The translations under genes were made by a program, and so were the position numbers. Below, piece after piece: positions 10,462-22,902 of a stretch of DNA of 32,000 nt. The DNA lies in contig NZ_LN831039.1 of NCBI RefSeq assembly GCF_001457595.1, positions 2,190,001-2,222,000 on the forward strand. Direction: 5' to 3'. This DNA comes from Mycolicibacterium smegmatis. GTDB lineage: Bacteria > Actinomycetota > Actinomycetes > Mycobacteriales > Mycobacteriaceae. The notes beneath the pieces are model-generated. The model ran no database searches. It saw only the letters and a program-made list of their open reading frames with translations, and was not told the DNA's origin. Each line of letters begins with the position of its first letter. Position 1 is the stretch's first letter.

Positions 10462-12027
10462 TTACTGCAGGAACGTCTCCGCGCTGCTGGCCAGGTCGAG
10501 CAGGGGCTGAGGCAGCGCGCCGAGCGCGAACGTGACGGCCGCGGTGACGGTGACCACCGCGGTCGACAGACCGCTGGGCACCACGAGTTCGGGCGCATCG
10601 TCGGGTGGTTCGGTGAAGAACATCAGCACGATCACCCGCACGTAGAAGTACGCGGCGACCGCGCTCGCGATCACGCCGATGATCACCAGCGGGATCGCGC
10701 CACCCTCACCGGCGGCCTTGAACACCGCGAACTTGCTGACGAACCCGCTGGTCAACGGAATACCGGCGAACGCCAGCAGGAACAGTGAGAAGACCACGCC
10801 CACAATGGGATACCGCCTTCCCAAGCCGGCCCACTGCGCCATCGACGTCTCCTCGTCGCCCGCGGCGTTGCGGATCAGCCCGACCACCGCGAACGCGCCG
10901 AGCGTGCTGAACCCGTAGGCGAACAGGTAGAACAGCGTCGAGGACACCCCGGCCGGGTTGGCGGCGATCACGCCGGTGAGAATGAAACCCGAGTGTGCCA
11001 CGGCCGAATACGCGAGCATGCGTTTGACGTCGGTCTGCGTGACTGCCGTGACCGTGCCGACCACCATGGTCAAAATCGCGATCGCCCACAGCACCGGGCG
11101 CCAGTCGTCGCGCAGCGCGGGAACCGCGACGTAGAAGATCCGCAACATCGCCCCGAACGCCGCGATCTTGGTCGCGGCCGCCATGAACGCCGTGATCGAA
11201 GTCGGCGCGCCCTGGTAGACGTCGGGAATCCACGAATGGAACGGCACCGCACCGACTTTGAACAGCACACCGACGAGCAGCAGCGCCACGCCCAGCAGCG
11301 CCAGCGAGGTGTTGCCGCTGCCGGCGGCGACGGACTCCGCGATACCCGACAGATCAAGCGTGCCTGCCGACCCGTACAGCATGGCCGCGCCGTAGATGAA
11401 GAACGCCGACGAGAACGCGCCCAGCAGGAAGTACTTCAGCGCGGCCTCCTGCGACAGCAGGCGGCGCCGGCGCGCGAGCCCGCACAGCAGATACAGCGGC
11501 AGCGACAGGACCTCCAGCGCCACGAACATCGTCAGCAGGTCGTCGGCTGCGGGGAACAACAGCATGCCGCCGATCGCGAACATCGTCAGCGGGAAGACCT
11601 CGGTCTGCATGACACCGGTCTTGGTGGCCAACTGTTCGGCGACACTGCCCGCCACCGCCGAGGCCTGCGGCGTGAAATCCTCCAATCCCCGTGCCTCACC
11701 GGCGGATACGGTGGCCTTCTGGCGCTCGGCGATGAGCATGATGCCGAGGACGCCGACCAGCGCGATGGTGCCCTGCAGGAACACCGCGGGCGCGTCGAGC
11801 ACGACGGCCCCGAGCACGGCCGGCCGCCCCGGTGTGCCGCTGAGCCCGCGTGCGACGAACACCACTGCGACGACGGTCGCGATCAGGCCGCCGAGAGCCA
11901 GGGTGACCTGCAGTGGGTAGCGACTCTGCCGCGGCGCCAACGCCTCGATCAGCACGCCTGCGATCGCGACGCCGAACACGATGAGCATCGGCGACAGCAG
12001 GCCGTATTCGATGCTGGGTGTGATCAT
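10462..12027 (-). CDS. nuoN: NADH-quinone oxidoreductase subunit N
   Basis: MITPSIEYGLLSPMLIVFGVAIAGVLIEA...LKYFLLGAFSSAFFIYGAAMLYG...VGVLFKVGAVPFHSWIPDVYQGAPTSITAFMA; operon position. Confidence 0.96.
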   Translation of the reverse strand: MITPSIEYGLLSPMLIVFGVAIAGVLIEALAPRQSRYPLQVTLALGGLIATVVAVVFVARGLSGTPGRPAVLGAVVLDAPAVFLQGTIALVGVLGIMLIAERQKATVSAGEARGLEDFTPQASAVAGSVAEQLATKTGVMQTEVFPLTMFAIGGMLLFPAADDLLTMFVALEVLSLPLYLLCGLARRRRLLSQEAALKYFLLGAFSSAFFIYGAAMLYGSAGTLDLSGIAESVAAGSGNTSLALLGVALLLVGVLFKVGAVPFHSWIPDVYQGAPTSITAFMAAATKIAAFGAMLRIFYVAVPALRDDWRPVLWAIAILTMVVGTVTAVTQTDVKRMLAYSAVAHSGFILTGVIAANPAGVSSTLFYLFAYGFSTLGAFAVVGLIRNAAGDEETSMAQWAGLGRRYPIVGVVFSLFLLAFAGIPLTSGFVSKFAVFKAAGEGGAIPLVIIGVIASAVAAYFYVRVIVLMFFTEPPDDAPELVVPSGLSTAVVTVTAAVTFALGALPQPLLDLASSAETFLQ

Positions 12028-12028
12028 G

Positions 12029-13615
12029 TCAGCGTGCCCCCTCTGCAATCGTCGGTGGCACAGCCGGTTCCGGATCGGTCTGTCCGATCGTGGTCAGAGT
12101 GTGCTCGACCGCCGGGTTGATCACGTCGAGTGCGGGTTTCGGGTAGATGCCGAGCACCAGCAGCAGTGCGAGCAGTGGCGCCACCACGACGAGTTCACGC
12201 GGCACCAGATCGCGCACCGGACGGTCGCCGTCACCGATCCCGTCGCGCACCGGCCCCGTCATCATCCGCTGGTAGGTCCACAGGATGTAGACGGCCGAGA
12301 GCACCAGCGCGGTCGCGGCGAACACCGCGACCACCGGATATCGCGTGAAGGTGCCGATCAGCACAAGGAATTCGCTGATGAACGGTGCCAGCCCCGGCAG
12401 TGACAACGTGGCCAGTCCGGCGACCAGGAATGTGCCCGCCAGCACCGGTGCGACCTTCTGGACACCGCCGTAGGAGTCGATGAGCCTGCTGCCACGCCGC
12501 GACACCAGGAACCCGGCGATCAGGAACAACGCGGCCGTCGAGATGCCGTGGTTGATCATGTACAGCGTCGACCCGGACTGCCCCTGACTGGTCATCACGA
12601 AGATCCCCAGGATGATGAACCCGAAGTGCGATATCGACGTGTATGCGATCAATCGCATCACGTCGGTCTGCCCGATGGCCAGCACCGCGCCGTAGACGAT
12701 GCCGATCGCGGCCAGGGTGATCACCACCGGACGGAAATACGTTGACGCATCGGGGAACAACTGCAGGCAATACCGCAGCATGCCGAACGTGCCGACCTTG
12801 TCCATCACGGCCATCATCAGCACGGCCGACGCCGGCGTGGCCTCCACCGCGGCGTCGGGCAGCCAGCGGTGGAACGGCCACAGCGGCGCCTTGACCGCGA
12901 ACGCGAACATGAACCCGAGGAACAGGAAGTTCATGATCGCCGGATTGACCGCGAACTCGCCGGACGATACGGCCGCGACGATCTCCCGGAAGTCGAATGT
13001 GCCTGCCGCGAACGCGTCACTGCCCGCGGTGACGACGTAGAGGCCGATCACCGCGGCGAGCATGATGAGGCCGCCGAACAGGTTGTACAGCAGGAACTTC
13101 ACCGCCGCGCGGGACCGGTTCTCGCCGCCGAAGCCGCCGATGAGGAAGTACATCGGGATGAGCATGGCCTCGAAGAACACGTAGAACAGCAGGATGTCGA
13201 GGGCGACAAGGGACATGAGCACCATGCCCTCGACGGCCAGCGTGAGCGCCAGATAGGCCTGCACCGAACGCCCCGCAAGGCCGGTCTGCCTGCTCGCGTC
13301 GTTCCAGCCTGCGATGATCAGCAGCGGCACCAGCACCGCGGTGAGCACCACGAGCGCCAGGGCGATGCCGTCGACGCCGAGGATGTAACCGGTGCCGAAA
13401 GACGGTATCCACCGGTGTGATTCGACGAACTGGTACTGCGCGGCGGCCGGGTCGAACCCGATCGCGACGACCGCGGTGACCGCGAGGGTCAGCACCGACA
13501 CCGCCAGGGCCAGCCACTTGGCCAGCACCTGCTGGGCGGCGGGCAACAGAATCACCACCGCGGCCCCCACGACGGGCACCGCCCACAACACCGTCAGCCA
13601 GGGAAAGGTACTCAC
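12029..13615 (-). CDS. nuoM: NADH-quinone oxidoreductase subunit M
   Basis: [17 protein letters not shown]...[43 protein letters not shown]; GTG at 13615 in a GTGA overlap with the nuoL stop (an in-frame GTG at 13618 is an alternative). Confidence 0.95.
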   Translation of the reverse strand: MSTFPWLTVLWAVPVVGAAVVILLPAAQQVLAKWLALAVSVLTLAVTAVVAIGFDPAAAQYQFVESHRWIPSFGTGYILGVDGIALALVVLTAVLVPLLIIAGWNDASRQTGLAGRSVQAYLALTLAVEGMVLMSLVALDILLFYVFFEAMLIPMYFLIGGFGGENRSRAAVKFLLYNLFGGLIMLAAVIGLYVVTAGSDAFAAGTFDFREIVAAVSSGEFAVNPAIMNFLFLGFMFAFAVKAPLWPFHRWLPDAAVEATPASAVLMMAVMDKVGTFGMLRYCLQLFPDASTYFRPVVITLAAIGIVYGAVLAIGQTDVMRLIAYTSISHFGFIILGIFVMTSQGQSGSTLYMINHGISTAALFLIAGFLVSRRGSRLIDSYGGVQKVAPVLAGTFLVAGLATLSLPGLAPFISEFLVLIGTFTRYPVVAVFAATALVLSAVYILWTYQRMMTGPVRDGIGDGDRPVRDLVPRELVVVAPLLALLLVLGIYPKPALDVINPAVEHTLTTIGQTDPEPAVPPTIAEGAR

Positions 13616-15531
13616 CACAGTTGCACCGCCAGAATCGCCGCCACCACCAGAGCCGAACCTCCGAGCATCGACAACGCGTACGAGCGTGCGAAACCGGTCT
13701 GCACCTGCCGCAACGCATCCGATGTGCGGCTCACCAGAGCCGCCAGACCACCCGCGGTGCCGTCGACGGCCTTGTCGTCGACGGTGACCATGGCCGCGGT
13801 CAACGTCTGGCCGCCGCGCATGAACACGGCCTCGTTGAACGCATCCCCGTAGAGGTCCCGCCGGGCGGCCACGGTCAGCGCCGAACCCTCGGGCACCTCC
13901 TCGGGGACCGCCTGCCGGGCGTACATGCGGTAGGCGACGGCGATGCCGACCGCGACCACCGCGAGCACGATCGCCGTGACAACCCACACGGGCACCGCGT
14001 GGTGTGCCTCGTGCGCGCCGACGACGGGTTCGAGCCAGTGCGACAGGGTGCCGCCGATGGCCAGGGCGCCGCCGGACACCACCGATCCGACCGCGAGCAG
14101 GATCATGGGCCACGTCATCACCGCGGGTGCCTCATGTGGATGCACCGCTTGCATGTTCCCCGTCGCTTCGCTCGCCTCAGAAGCCCAACGCTTCTCACCG
14201 AAGAACGTCATGAGCATGACCCGCGTCATGTAGAACGCGGTGATTCCGGCGCCCAGAATCGCTGCGCCGCCCAGGATCACGCCGCGCGCACCACCGGCCC
14301 CCAGCGCGGCCTCGATGATGCCGTCCTTGGAGAAGAAGCCGGCCAGCGGCGGCACACCGATGATCGCGAGATATCCGAGGCCGAACGTGGCGAACGTGAC
14401 GGGTAGGACCTTGCGCAGCCCGCCGTAGCGGCGCATGTTGACCTCGTCGTTCATGGCGTGCATCACCGAGCCCGCCCCGAGGAACAGGCCGGCCTTGAAG
14501 AAGCCGTGGGTGAGCAGATGCATGATCGCGAATGCGTAACCGGCAGGCCCGAGTCCGGCCGCGAGCACCATGTAGCCGATCTGGCTCATGGTCGACGCGG
14601 CGAGCGCCTTCTTGATGTCGTCTTTCGCGCAGCCGATGATCGCGCCGAACAGCAGCGTCACCGCGCCCACGATCACGACACCGGTCTGCGCGGTGGGTGC
14701 GAGGTCGAAGATCGGGCCGGACCGCACGATCAGGTACACGCCGGCGGTCACCATGGTGGCAGCGTGGATCAGTGCCGACACCGGCGTCGGGCCCTCCATG
14801 GCGTCCCCGAGCCAGGACTGCAGCGGCACCTGCGCGGACTTGCCGCACGCGCCGAGCAACAGCAGCAGGCCGATGGCGCTGAGCGTCGCCTCGCTGAGCC
14901 CGGGTGCGGCGGCGAAAACCCCCGCGAACGAGATCGACCCGATGGTGGCGAACATGATCATCAGTGCGATCGCCAGACCCATGTCGCCGACGCGGTTGAC
15001 GACGAAGGCCTTCTTGGCCGCCGTCGCGGCCGACGGCTTGTGCGACCAGAACCCGATCAGCAGGTACGACGCGAGGCCCACGCCTTCCCAACCGGCATAG
15101 AGACCCAGGTAGTTGTCGGCCAGCACCAGCAGCAGCATGGCCGCCAGGAACAGGTTGAGGTAGGCGAAGAACCGTCTGCGGTCCGGATCTTCGGCCATGT
15201 AACCGATCGAGTAGATGTGGATCAGCGACCCGACACCGGTGATCAACAGGACGAAGCACACCGACAACTGGTCGAGTTGCAGGCCGAAGTCGACCTGCAG
15301 ACCACCCACGGGCACCCAGGAGAACAGTGCCTCGTGCACGGCCCGCTCCTCGCCGGACCGGCCCAGCATCCCGGCGAACAGGACAGTGCCGACCGCGAAC
15401 GCCGCCAACGACATCGCGCATCCCAGCAGGTGGCCCCAGCGGTCGCTGCGGCGGCCGGCGAGCAGCAGGATGGTCGCCCCTGCGGCGGGCAGGGCGATCA
15501 GCAGCCAGACAGGTAGCCAGTCAGTTATCAT
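13612..15531 (-). CDS. nuoL: NADH-quinone oxidoreductase subunit L
   Basis: [23 protein letters not shown]...[45 protein letters not shown]. Confidence 0.97.
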   Translation of the reverse strand: MITDWLPVWLLIALPAAGATILLLAGRRSDRWGHLLGCAMSLAAFAVGTVLFAGMLGRSGEERAVHEALFSWVPVGGLQVDFGLQLDQLSVCFVLLITGVGSLIHIYSIGYMAEDPDRRRFFAYLNLFLAAMLLLVLADNYLGLYAGWEGVGLASYLLIGFWSHKPSAATAAKKAFVVNRVGDMGLAIALMIMFATIGSISFAGVFAAAPGLSEATLSAIGLLLLLGACGKSAQVPLQSWLGDAMEGPTPVSALIHAATMVTAGVYLIVRSGPIFDLAPTAQTGVVIVGAVTLLFGAIIGCAKDDIKKALAASTMSQIGYMVLAAGLGPAGYAFAIMHLLTHGFFKAGLFLGAGSVMHAMNDEVNMRRYGGLRKVLPVTFATFGLGYLAIIGVPPLAGFFSKDGIIEAALGAGGARGVILGGAAILGAGITAFYMTRVMLMTFFGEKRWASEASEATGNMQAVHPHEAPAVMTWPMILLAVGSVVSGGALAIGGTLSHWLEPVVGAHEAHHAVPVWVVTAIVLAVVAVGIAVAYRMYARQAVPEEVPEGSALTVAARRDLYGDAFNEAVFMRGGQTLTAAMVTVDDKAVDGTAGGLAALVSRTSDALRQVQTGFARSYALSMLGGSALVVAAILAVQLW

Positions 15532-15538
15532 CGCGCCC

Positions 15539-15838
15539 TTAATGTTTCAGCAGGTTGGCGTCATCGACGGAGGCCGATCGGCGGGTGCGGAAAATGGCCA
15601 TGATGATGGCGAGGCCCACCACCACCTCACAGGCGGCGACCACCATCGTGAAGAATGCCACCACCTGCCCGTCGAGTTGGCCGTGCATGCGGGAGAAGTT
15701 CACGAACGCCAGGTTGGCGGCGTTGAGCATCAACTCGACGCACATGAACATGACGATCGCGTTGCGCCGCAACAGCACTCCCGCGGCGCCGATGGTGAAC
15801 AGCAGTGCCGAGAGGTACAGGTAGTTGTCGGGATTCAA
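15539..15838 (-). CDS. nuoK: NADH-quinone oxidoreductase subunit K
   Basis: (L)[45 protein letters not shown]...; TTG start at 15838 gives 99 aa; alternative GTG at 15847 overlaps the nuoJ stop. Confidence 0.94.
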
Positions 15839-15843
15839 CCGCG

Positions 15844-16602
15844 TCACCTCTTCCCGTTGGTCGCGCTGCCGACCGTGCGGTGCGGCAGGATCGTGCTCAC
15901 CGACAGTGGGGATTCCGACCCGTCGGGCAGACGGGCCGGGACGTCGACGGAGTTGTGCCGGGCGTAGACACCGGGATTGGGCAGCGGCGTCGGATGCCCG
16001 CCGGTCTGGAAGCGTTCGATGGCCAGTTCCCGCTGGGTCTTGCGGCGTTCGAAGCGTTCCCGGTGCGCGAGCACCATCGCCCCCAGCGCCGCGGTGATCA
16101 GCAGCGCGCTGGTCAACTCGAACGCCCACAGGTACCGCGTGAAGATCAGCGCCGCCAAGCCCTCGACGTTGCCGCCGCTGTTGGCCGCGGCCAGACCGCT
16201 GAACCCGGCGACCGACACGTTGCCGATACCCGCGATCACCAGGATCCCGAACCCGGCACCCGCGATCAGCGCCGCGATCCGGTGCCCCTTGATCGTCTCG
16301 ACGAGCGACTCGGTGAGATCGACGCCGATGAGCATCAGCACGAACAGGAACAGCATCATCACCGCGCCGGTGTAGACCACGATCTGCACCACACCGAGGA
16401 ACGGCGCGTCCTGCGCGATGTAGAGCACGGCCAGCGAAATCATGGTGCAGGCCAGAAACACTGCCGAGTACACGGCCTTTCGGGCGGCTACCACGCCGAT
16501 CGCGCCGACGAGGGCTACGGTGCCGACGACCCAGAACACCACGGCCTCGCTCGTCGACGTGCGCGCACCCTCGGCGGCCAGCAGCATCAGGTCGGAGTTC
16601 AT
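15844..16602 (-). CDS. nuoJ: NADH-quinone oxidoreductase subunit J
   Basis: [93 protein letters not shown]. Confidence 0.96.
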   Translation of the reverse strand: MNSDLMLLAAEGARTSTSEAVVFWVVGTVALVGAIGVVAARKAVYSAVFLACTMISLAVLYIAQDAPFLGVVQIVVYTGAVMMLFLFVLMLIGVDLTESLVETIKGHRIAALIAGAGFGILVIAGIGNVSVAGFSGLAAANSGGNVEGLAALIFTRYLWAFELTSALLITAALGAMVLAHRERFERRKTQRELAIERFQTGGHPTPLPNPGVYARHNSVDVPARLPDGSESPLSVSTILPHRTVGSATNGKR

Positions 16603-17141
16603 CGGGCGTCCTCTGTGCCCGAGGGGACCGGCGTGATGGGCGTGACGTTACCCAGGTAGTAGTCGTCGTCGGTCTTGCCCGGGGCCATGTCGTGCGGCGG
16701 CGCCTGCATACCCTCTTGCAGCGGTGCCAGCAGCTTGTCCTTGCCCCAGATCAGGTCGGCCCGGTTGTCGTCGGCCATCTCGTACTCGGTGGTCATGGTC
16801 AGGGCCCGCGTGGGGCAGGCCTCGATGCACAGACCGCACCCGATGCACCGCAGATAATTGATCTGATAGACGCGGCCGTAGCGTTCACCGGGCGAATAGC
16901 GTTCGTCGGCGGTGTTGTCCGCGCCTTCGACGTAGATCGCGTCGGCCGGGCACGCCCACGCGCACAACTCGCAACCGATGCACTTCTCCAACCCGTCGGG
17001 GTAGCGGTTGAGTTGGTGCCGGCCGTGGTAGCGCGGGGCGACGGGACCGGGTTTCTCCGGATAGCCCTCGGTGATGGGCTTTTTGAACATCGAGCCCAGC
17101 GTGACGGCGAATCCGGCGAGCGCGTCGAGGAATTTAGGCAT
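16599..17141 (-). CDS. nuoI: NADH-quinone oxidoreductase subunit I (2x[4Fe-4S] ferredoxin-like)
   Basis: Two CxxCxxCxxxCP motifs: [12 protein letters not shown] and [12 protein letters not shown]; 4-nt overlap with nuoJ. Confidence 0.97.
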   Translation of the reverse strand: MPKFLDALAGFAVTLGSMFKKPITEGYPEKPGPVAPRYHGRHQLNRYPDGLEKCIGCELCAWACPADAIYVEGADNTADERYSPGERYGRVYQINYLRCIGCGLCIEACPTRALTMTTEYEMADDNRADLIWGKDKLLAPLQEGMQAPPHDMAPGKTDDDYYLGNVTPITPVPSGTEDAR

Positions 17142-18360
17142 CAGCGGTCTCCTTGGTGCCGACGGACGGCAGGGGTGGCACCGGGTAGGCGCCGGTGCTC
17201 TGCGGAGGTGGCGGTTGAACGGTGCGGCGCCGCAGGGATGTCGCCAGGCCCCAGATCAGGGCCACGACGACGACCACGGCCGCGGTGAGCAGCCAGGCCG
17301 CCCACGTGCCCTCACCGTGCTGGCGCAGGCTGCGGGTGATCGCCACGACCATGATCCACAGCAGCGACACCGGGATCAGCACCTTCCAGCCCAGCGCCAT
17401 GAACTGGTCGTACCGCAAGCGGGGCAGCGTGGCCCGCAGCCAGAAGTACAGGAACATGAAGGTCCACACCTTGGCGGTGAACCACAGCAGCGGCCACCAT
17501 CCGCTGTTGGCGCCGTCGATCAGGTTGAACGGGAACGGTGCGTGCCATCCGCCCAGGAACATCGTGGTGGCCAGGGCCGACACCGTGGTCATGTTGACGT
17601 ACTCGGCGAGCATGAACATCGCGAACTTCAGCGACGAGTACTCGGTGTGGAACCCGCCCACCAGTTCGCCCTCGGCCTCGGGAAGATCGAAAGGCGCGCG
17701 GTTGGTTTCGCCGACCATCGACACCACGTACACCAGGAACGACGGCAGCAGCAGGAACACGAACCAGGTGCGGTCCTGCGCGGCAACGATGCCCGACGTG
17801 GACATCGTTCCCGCGTAGAGGAACACCGCCACGAACGACAGCCCCATCGCGATCTCGTAGGACACCACCTGTGCACTCGAGCGCAGGCCGCCGAGCAGGG
17901 GATAGGTGGATCCCGACGCCCACCCGGCCAGCACGATGCCGTAGACACCGATCGACGTCGCGGCCAGGATGAACAGCACCGCGACGGGCAGGTCGGTCAG
18001 TTGCAGCGGGGTGCGGTGGCCGAACACCGACACCGCGCCGCCCAACGGGATCACCGAGAACGCGACGAACGCGGGAATCACCGAGATGACCGGGGCCAGT
18101 AGGTAGATGGGCTTGTCGACGCCGGCGGGGACCAGGCCCTCCTTGAGCGCGAGCTTGATGCCGTCGGCCAGCGACTGCAGCAGACCGGCCGGGCCGACCC
18201 GGTTCGGGCCGAACCGCATCTGCATGCGGCCCAGCAGTTTCCGCTCGATCAGGATCGCCGAGAGCACGGTCAGCAAGAGGAAGACGAAGATCGCGACGGC
18301 CTTGGCGAGCATGAGCCACCACGGATCGTGGCCGAACAGTGTGGGATCCGGATGTGTCAT
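17134..18360 (-). CDS. nuoH: NADH-quinone oxidoreductase subunit H
   Basis: [46 protein letters not shown]...[35 protein letters not shown]; ATG at 18360 overlapping nuoG TGA. Confidence 0.97.
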
Positions 18361-20741
18361 GCCCCGGCTCCGATCGACACCACGGCACCGGCGGTCACCC
18401 CGAGTCGCTGGTGCACCGCCGATCCCGGCGAGTTCATCGGCAACCACACGACCCCGTCGGGCATGTCGGTGACCGCGAGCGGCAACGTGACCGCGCCGCG
18501 TTCGGTGCTGACGGTCACGGGCGCACCGTCGCTCGCGCCGATGCCCGCGGCGGTCGCGGCCGACATCCGCGCGACGGGGCGCACGGCCGTGCCGGCGAGG
18601 TGTGGTTCACCGTCCTGCAGACGGCCCGCGTCGAGCAGCATGCGCCAGCTCGCGAGAACCGCCTGCCCGGACCCGGCTTCGGGTCTCGCGGTGGGCGGCG
18701 CCGTGGGCGCGGGTGGGCGTGCTCCGCCCCAGGTGCCCAGCTGCGCGAGTTCGGCGTCGGCCGCCTCGGCAGTGGGCAGGGCGAGGTCGACGCCGATCTC
18801 GTCGGCCAGATAGTGCAGCACCCGCAGATCCGGGATCGCGTTGGTCTTGAGCGAGGGCGCGAACGGGCGAGGGCGCCCTTCCCAGTTGAGGAACGACCCG
18901 GCCTTCTCCACCACCGGTGCGACGGGGAACACCACGTCGGCCAGTTCGGTGACGGCACTCTCGCGAAGCTCCAGGCTCACCACGAACGGCGTCGTCCGCA
19001 CCGCGGCCACCGCCAGCTCAGGATCGGGCAGATCGCCGAGTTCGACTCCGCCGACCAGAAGCGCCGCGAGGTGCCCGCTCGCGGCCGTCGACAGGATCGC
19101 GGCCGTGTCCCGCCCGGGTGCCTCGGGCAGCGCCGAGATGTACCAGGCTCGTGCCACTTCGGCGCGGGCATCGGCATCGTCGACCGGCCGACCGCCCGGC
19201 AGCAGGTTGGGCAGTGCACCGGCCTCGATGGCGCCGCGCTCACCGGCACGACGCGGAATCCACGCCAGACGCGCACCGGTCGCCGCGGCCAGGCGCACGG
19301 CCGCCGACAGGGCACCCGGGGAGGTGGCCAGACGCTCACCGACCAGGATGACGGCCCCCGGTCGGCGCAACCGGTCGTCGTCGTGCATCCCGTCAAGCGC
19401 GGCGGGCTCGTCGCCGGGCACCGTCGGCACCACGGTGCCGGCCAGCTTGGTCAGACCACGGCTGGCCCACGGTGCCACCGCCACCACCTGCACACCGTTC
19501 TTGCGGACGCCCTTGCGCAGGCGCAGGAACACGATGGGCGACTCTTCCTCGGGCTCGAAACCGGCGAGCAGCACCGTCGGCGCGTTCTCCAGTTCGGCGT
19601 ACCGCAGCCCCATGGTCTGCCCGGCGACGTGGGCGGCCAGGAACTCGGCTTCCTCGGCCGAGTGCGGGCGGGCCCGGAAGTCGACGTCGTTGGTGTTGAG
19701 CACCATTCGCGCGAACTTCGCGTACGCGTAGGCGTCCTCAACGGTGCACCGGCCGCCGACCAGTACGCCGGTGCTGCCCGCCGCGGTGAGCAGGCCCGCG
19801 GCGGCCACCGTGAGCGCTTCCGACCACGACGCGGGCCGCAGCACACCGCCGTCGCGCAGCATCGGTGTGGTGATCCGGTCACCGACCGTGGCGTAGGTGA
19901 ACGCCCAGCGGCCCTTGTCGCAGTTCCACTCCTCGTTCACCTCGGGTTCGTCACCGGCCAGGCGGCGCAACACCTTTCCGCGCCGGTGGTCGGTGCGCTG
20001 TGCGCATCCGGATGCGCAGTGTTCGCACACGCTGGGGCTGGACACCAGGTCGAACGGGCGGGCCCGGAAGCGGTAGGCGGTCCCGGTCAACGCGCCGACG
20101 GGGCAGATCTGCACGGTGTTGCCGGAGAAGTAGGACTGGAACGGTTTGTCCTGACCGATGCCGACCTGTTGCAGCGCACCGCGTTCCATGAGGTCGATGA
20201 ACGGATCCCCGGCGATCTGCGACGAGAACCGGGTGCAGCGCGCGCACAGTACGCAGCGTTCGCGGTCGAGCAGTACCTGCGAGGAGATGCTGATCGGTTT
20301 GGGGAACGTCCGTTTGACGTCCTCGAACCGGGTTTCGGGCCTGCCGTTGGACATCGCCTGGTTCTGCAGCGGGCATTCGCCGCCCTTGTCGCAGATCGGG
20401 CAGTCGAGGGGATGGTTGATCAGCAGCAGTTCCATGACGCCGCGCTGCGCCTTGTCGGCGGCCTCGGACGTGAACTGCGTGCGGACCACCATGTCCGGCA
20501 TGACCGTCGTGGTGCACGAGGCCATCGGCTTGCGCTGGCCCTCGACCTCCACGAGGCACTGCCGGCACGCCCCGACCGGGTCGAGCAACGGGTGGTCGCA
20601 GAACCGGGGGATCTGGATGCCCATCAACTCGGCGGCCCGGATCAGCAATGTGCCCTTGGGAACACTGATCTCATGGTCGTCGATGGTCAGCGACACCATC
20701 TCCACCGGCGGCGTGTCCTTGGTCGGTTCGGCCAGCGTCAC
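18357..20741 (-). CDS. nuoG: NADH-quinone oxidoreductase subunit G
   Basis: [26 protein letters not shown]...[18 protein letters not shown]...[15 protein letters not shown]; also CX2CX3CX27C ([10 protein letters not shown]); GTG at 20741 (exact start uncertain). Confidence 0.94.
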   Translation of the reverse strand: MTLAEPTKDTPPVEMVSLTIDDHEISVPKGTLLIRAAELMGIQIPRFCDHPLLDPVGACRQCLVEVEGQRKPMASCTTTVMPDMVVRTQFTSEAADKAQRGVMELLLINHPLDCPICDKGGECPLQNQAMSNGRPETRFEDVKRTFPKPISISSQVLLDRERCVLCARCTRFSSQIAGDPFIDLMERGALQQVGIGQDKPFQSYFSGNTVQICPVGALTGTAYRFRARPFDLVSSPSVCEHCASGCAQRTDHRRGKVLRRLAGDEPEVNEEWNCDKGRWAFTYATVGDRITTPMLRDGGVLRPASWSEALTVAAAGLLTAAGSTGVLVGGRCTVEDAYAYAKFARMVLNTNDVDFRARPHSAEEAEFLAAHVAGQTMGLRYAELENAPTVLLAGFEPEEESPIVFLRLRKGVRKNGVQVVAVAPWASRGLTKLAGTVVPTVPGDEPAALDGMHDDDRLRRPGAVILVGERLATSPGALSAAVRLAAATGARLAWIPRRAGERGAIEAGALPNLLPGGRPVDDADARAEVARAWYISALPEAPGRDTAAILSTAASGHLAALLVGGVELGDLPDPELAVAAVRTTPFVVSLELRESAVTELADVVFPVAPVVEKAGSFLNWEGRPRPFAPSLKTNAIPDLRVLHYLADEIGVDLALPTAEAADAELAQLGTWGGARPPAPTAPPTARPEAGSGQAVLASWRMLLDAGRLQDGEPHLAGTAVRPVARMSAATAAGIGASDGAPVTVSTERGAVTLPLAVTDMPDGVVWLPMNSPGSAVHQRLGVTAGAVVSIGAGA

Positions 20742-20829
20742 GAGCGTCCCCCTTTCCCTACGCCGAGTGTGCGGTTTCGTACGCGCCACGCCGCGCGGAC
20801 GGTATGGGAGCGCACACTCGCGGTCATCG

Positions 20830-22161
20830 CTACACACCTGCCCCTTCGGTGGCCATCAGCGTCGAGGCATGTGGATCGAACGGACAGCCTCCGTCCAGAT
20901 GGGCCACGTACTCGTCCCGGAAATGCTTGATCGAGGACATGATCGGGCTGGCCGCGCCATCGCCCAGCGCGCAGAACGACTTTCCGAAGATGTTGTCGGA
21001 GATGTCGAGCAGCTTGTCGATGTCGGCCTCGGTGCCCGCGCCGTTCTCCAGCCGTGCGTAGATCTGCGCCAGCCAGTAGGTGCCCTCGCGGCACGGTGTG
21101 CACTTGCCGCACGACTCGTGGGCGTAGAACTGCGTCCAGCGGCGCACCGCGCGGACCACGCACGTGGTCTCGTCGAAGATCTGCAGTGCCTTGGTACCCA
21201 GCATCGATCCGACCGAGGCCATGCCCTCGTAGTCCAGTGGCACGTCGAGGTGTTCGGCCGTCAGCAACGGTGTCGACGATCCGCCAGGCGTCCAGAACTT
21301 CAGCTGATGCCCGGCCCGAACTCCGCCGGCATATTCGAGGAGTTCGCGCAGCGTGATACCGAGCGGCGCCTCGTACTGGCCGGGGCGTGTGACGTGTCCG
21401 GACAGCGAATACAGCGTGAAGCCAGGCGATTTCTCCGAACCCATCGACCGGAACCAGTCGACACCGTTGACCATGATCGGCGGCACGCTCGCGATGGACT
21501 CGACGTTGTTGACCACCGTGGGGCACGCGTAGAGGCCCGCCACCGCGGGGAACGGCGGCCGCAGCCGAGGCTGCCCGCGCCGGCCCTCGAGCGAATCGAG
21601 TAGCGCGGTCTCCTCACCGCAGATGTACGCGCCCGCACCGGCATGCACGATCAGGTCCAGGTCGAAACCCGACCCCATGATGTCGGTGCCCAGATATCCG
21701 GCCGCGTAGGCCTCGGCGACCGCGGCCTGCAACCGCCGCAATACCGGCAGCACCTCGCCGCGCACGTAGATGAACGCGTGCCTGGCCCGGATCGCGTACG
21801 CCGCGATGATCGCGCCCTCGACCAGGAAGTGCGGTGTGGTCAGCAGCAGCGGAATGTCCTTGCACGTACCGGGTTCGGACTCGTCGGCGTTGATCACCAG
21901 ATAGTGCGGTTTGGCGGCGGGCCCGCCCGCGGGTTGGTCGCCGCGCTCCTGCGGGATGAACGACCACTTGGTGCCGGTGGGAAATCCCGCGCCGCCGCGA
22001 CCGCGCAGGCCCGAATCCTTGACGAACGCGATGACGTCGTCCGGCCCCATCGACAGGGCGCGCTGCAGTCCCTGGTACCCGTCGTGGCGGCGGTAGGTCT
22101 CCAGCGTCCACGGTTCGGGTTCGTCCCAGAACCTGCTGAGCACCGGGGTGAGCGGGGTCAT
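20830..22161 (-). CDS. nuoF: NADH-quinone oxidoreductase subunit F (NADH/FMN binding)
   Basis: [22 protein letters not shown]...[48 protein letters not shown]...[13 protein letters not shown]. Confidence 0.97.
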   Translation of the reverse strand: MTPLTPVLSRFWDEPEPWTLETYRRHDGYQGLQRALSMGPDDVIAFVKDSGLRGRGGAGFPTGTKWSFIPQERGDQPAGGPAAKPHYLVINADESEPGTCKDIPLLLTTPHFLVEGAIIAAYAIRARHAFIYVRGEVLPVLRRLQAAVAEAYAAGYLGTDIMGSGFDLDLIVHAGAGAYICGEETALLDSLEGRRGQPRLRPPFPAVAGLYACPTVVNNVESIASVPPIMVNGVDWFRSMGSEKSPGFTLYSLSGHVTRPGQYEAPLGITLRELLEYAGGVRAGHQLKFWTPGGSSTPLLTAEHLDVPLDYEGMASVGSMLGTKALQIFDETTCVVRAVRRWTQFYAHESCGKCTPCREGTYWLAQIYARLENGAGTEADIDKLLDISDNIFGKSFCALGDGAASPIMSSIKHFRDEYVAHLDGGCPFDPHASTLMATEGAGV

Positions 22162-22895
22162 GAGGCCGAACCGTTCGTCTGGGGCGGGGTGGGTGCGGTC
22201 ATGCCGCGCTCACGGGCCAGTCGCAGACCCGCCAGCGTGGCCGCGCCCGGCGCACCGCCTGGTGCGTTCGGATCGGTGAGACCGGCAAGGGTGCGGGCGG
22301 TTTCGCGGAACGTGCACAGCGATCCGCGTGTGGGCGGCGGCGGCGATCCCGACCGCAGACCGTCGACGAGATCGCGGGCCGACGACGGTGTCTGGTTGTC
22401 GTAGAACTCCCAGTTCACCATCACCACCGGCGCGTAGTCACACGCGGCGTTGCACTCGAGGTGTTCCAGCGTGACCCGGCCGTCGGGCGTGGTCTCGCCC
22501 GGATGCACGCCGAGGTGGTCTTCGAGCGCCTCGAGGATCGCGTCGCCGCCCATGATCGCGCACAGGGTGTTGGTGCACACACCGACGAGGTAGTCGCCGG
22601 TCGGGGTGCGGCGGTACATCGAGTAGAAGGTCGCGACCGCCGTCACCTCGGCCTCGGTGAGCCCCAATTGTGCTGCACAGAAACCGATCCCGGCCGGGGT
22701 GAGATATCCGTCCTGTGCCTGGACCAGGTGCAGCAGCGGCAGCAGTGCCGACCGGGCGTCGGGGTACCGCGCGATGATCTGCTCGGCATCGGCCCGCAGG
22801 CTTCCGGTGACGTCGTCGGGATACGTCGCGGGTCCGCTGATCGGCGGACCCGCTTCGTCCGGGCGTTGGCCCAGTTCCAGGAACACCTCGCTCAC
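22158..22895 (-). CDS. nuoE: NADH-quinone oxidoreductase subunit E ([2Fe-2S] thioredoxin-like)
   Basis: SALLPLLHLVQAQDGYLTPAGIGFCAAQLGLTEAEVTAVATFYSMYRRTPTGDYLVGVCTNTLCAIMGG...HLECNAACDYAPVVMVN; GTG at 22895 (VSEVFLELGQRP). Confidence 0.94.
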   Translation of the reverse strand: MSEVFLELGQRPDEAGPPISGPATYPDDVTGSLRADAEQIIARYPDARSALLPLLHLVQAQDGYLTPAGIGFCAAQLGLTEAEVTAVATFYSMYRRTPTGDYLVGVCTNTLCAIMGGDAILEALEDHLGVHPGETTPDGRVTLEHLECNAACDYAPVVMVNWEFYDNQTPSSARDLVDGLRSGSPPPPTRGSLCTFRETARTLAGLTDPNAPGGAPGAATLAGLRLARERGMTAPTPPQTNGSAS

Positions 22896-22902
22896 AGCAG
22901 TC

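Noticed and set aside
18339-20930. 863-aa plus-strand ORF opposite nuoG, plus similar long antisense ORFs (26190-27542, 29365-30849, 14458-15516, 3854-4966)
   Set aside because: They lie opposite strongly supported genes in high-GC DNA where stop-free shadow frames are expected; translations are Arg/Pro/Gly/His-rich low-complexity sequence with no recognisable domain.
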